Positions 62,184 to 64,000 of a DNA stretch of 64,000 bases are shown here, piece by piece. This stretch comes from Squalus acanthias (taxonomy: Eukaryota). The notes under the pieces are model-generated. The model saw nothing but the letters and a program-made list of their open reading frames with translations, was not told the origin of the DNA and made no database searches. Numbering within the stretch: position 1 is the first letter of the stretch; each line of letters starts with the position of its first letter. The position numbers were made by a program, and so were the translations under genes. The stretch lies in the NCBI GenBank assembly GCA_030390025.1, contig CM059433.1, positions 13,642,001 through 13,706,000 on the forward strand, in the 5' to 3' direction.

Positions 62184-62545
62184 ATGGAAATGTAATAGTT
62201 ATGCTAACAGACTAGCAATTCAGAGGCCTGAACTAATAATTCAGAAAACTTGAGTTCAAATTCCAACGTAGTCGTTTGAGAATTTGAACTCAGTTTAAAA
62301 AAGTATGGAAATAAAAAGTTGGTCTCAGTAAAAATTACCATGAAGCTGTCGGATTGTCGTAAAAATCCAACTGGTTTACTGATATCCTTTAGGAAAGGAA
62401 ACCTGCCATCCTGGCCTATACGTAACTCCAGTCCAACACCAATGCAGTTAACTCTTAACTGCCATCTGAAGTGACCTAGCGGGGCACTCATTGGTATCTA
62501 GAAAGGGCAATAAATGCCAGCCTTGCCAGTGGTGCCCACATCCTA
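62184..62545 (+). mobile_element. tRNA-headed SINE sharing head/body and tail with the LINE family at 6157-8604 and 54186-56118
   Basis: B-box gttcaaattc (62254). Body matches the reverse complement of 6934-7100; tail gggcaataaatgccagccttgccagtggtgcccacatcc matches 56060-56099. Confidence 0.85.
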
Positions 62546-62599
62546 GTACTGCACTGGATCTAGACTTTCTAAAAGGTACTTGAATTTTAAAGGTCATTT

Positions 62600-62880
62600 C
62601 ACATTGAAGTATTCAAAGCATTCCATGCAATGGTTTACTTATTGAAGTGCACTGAATACTGTTATATTGGCAAAAGCAGCAGCCACTCTGCACCTGCAAT
62701 GGCCCAGAACCACAAACAACCGTGAGATAAATGACCAGTCAATTTGGATGATACTGATTGAGTGAAGAATGTTGGCCAAGATATTGGGAAAGCTTGTTGC
62801 TCTTTTTTGAATAATACCATGTCACCTTTAAAGTCCTGTAGAACTGGCTGACAGGATTTTAGTTTAGAACTTCATTCAAA
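62600..62880 (-). mobile_element. Degraded Deu-domain SINE
   Basis: gcagcagccactctgcac, gtgagataaatgaccag and ctctttttgaataataccatg; related to the reverse complement of 31345-31520. Confidence 0.55.
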
Positions 62881-62881
62881 G

Positions 62882-63322
62882 GGTTGATTAGGCTTAAACT
62901 CGCTGGAGTTTAGAAGAATGAGAGGGGATCTCATTGAAACTTATAAAATTCTGACAGGACAGGACAAACTAGATGCAGGAAGGATGTTCCCGATGGTCGG
63001 GGAGTCCAGAACCAGGGGTCACAGTCTAAGGATAAGGGGTAAGCCATTTAGGACAGAAATGAGGAGCAATTTCTTCACCCAGAGAGTGGTGAACCTGTGG
63101 AATTCTCTGCCACAGAAGGCAGTAGAGGCCAATTCATTAAATAGATTCAAGAAGGAGTTGGATATATTTCTTAAAGCTAAAGGGATCAAGGGATATGGGG
63201 AGAAAGCAGGGACAAGGTACTGAATTTGGATGATCAGCCATGATCGCATTGAATGGCGGAGAAGGCTAGAGGGGCTGAATGGCCTACTCCTGCTCCTATC
63301 TTCTATGATTCTATGATTCTAT
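62882..63322 (+). mobile_element. CR1 LINE 3' fragment with (TTCTATGA)n tail
   Basis: ORF 62918..63223 MRGDLIETYKIL...FFTQRVVNLWNSLP. Confidence 0.93.
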
Positions 63323-64000
63323 GAATGGAACCTTCATTGAGACTGGGCTTAAGAACATTGCAGTTCTTGAGCATTCTGTATTTCTCCTTATTGTACCGGT
63401 GAGAAGGAAGTCAGCACCTAAGACTGTCCGGCTGCATCTAGCCCTCCTCTTCCCCCTATTATTGCCCCCAATTTGATCATTATTGCCCGATAGATGTGGG
63501 CCCAGAAAATCCACGGCTGTTCCGGCAGTCTACCACTGCAACTTTGGTGGAAGTCTGCTGTAACCGCTGGAAAACTAGGCTGATGTTTTCAGAATGGCTT
63601 TGTGAGGTCAAAGCCTCCGCCCATCTCTTACAAGACCATGGGTGCAAGGAATGTGGAACTGGGAGGAGGGACACTGAACATTGGAGCTCCGATGCCCTGG
63701 GCCTTCTTCGGGAACCAGTGTATGGTCAGTGCAGGTGCACCTGGTGAGACCAGGTGTGCCAGCTGGTCAAGGGGCAGAAGTTGGGCTCACCTGAGGGCTC
63801 TGGGTCAAGATTGCAGTCTGTAGACCTGAAGATCTGGGCAACAGATCTTGGCAAGAGATCCATGCAGGCAACTAAAAGTTACTTCGGGGGATTGGGGTTG
63901 GTATTATTTATGCCGCACTTTCCTGCAACGTTGATGGGGGTGGGGTGGGGCGGGGTGGGGGAGTCACCCCAGATGTGCAGCCAGCCCGCTGTGGCCATGC

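Noticed and set aside
59386..64000. TPO exon 5 (and exon 14 in 1-2446)
   Set aside because: No matching coding sequence (YR.ITG.CNN, or an EGF-like D.NEC motif) was found by eye; these exons are presumed outside the window.

Overview
Vertebrate nuclear DNA, most likely from a cartilaginous fish. This is inferred from the dense CR1/HER1-type LINEs, an HE1/V-type SINE and Deu-domain SINEs; the species cannot be named from sequence alone. The only host gene is thyroid peroxidase (TPO) on the minus strand. Eight GT-AG exons, equivalent to human exons 6-13 (130, 210, 516, 259, 171, 238, 209 and 171 bp), splice into one open frame. That frame carries the distal His (DHD), the RxxE motif, the proximal His (FRFGH) and the TPO-type CCP/sushi domain. 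The 5' and 3' exons lie outside the window. The introns are a nested transposon stack: CR1, L2, RTE, a second CR1-group single-ORF LINE, a Penelope remnant, a decayed two-gene PIF/Harbinger element, several Harbinger-type and hAT MITEs, a solo LTR and SINEs. The most unusual observations are: (1) a LINE whose 5' end is a tRNA-like Pol III head lying directly before the endonuclease, plus a SINE built from that LINE's head and tail; (2) a twin-priming-like 5' inversion of that LINE; (3) a minimal hammerhead ribozyme motif in the Penelope terminal repeat; (4) an apparently perfect 749-bp tandem duplication breaking at a MITE hairpin; (5) an in-frame 15-bp minisatellite in the Harbinger transposase. 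No prokaryotic or CRISPR-type system is supported. Exon boundaries were read from splice sites; repeat boundaries without TIR/TSD support are approximate.
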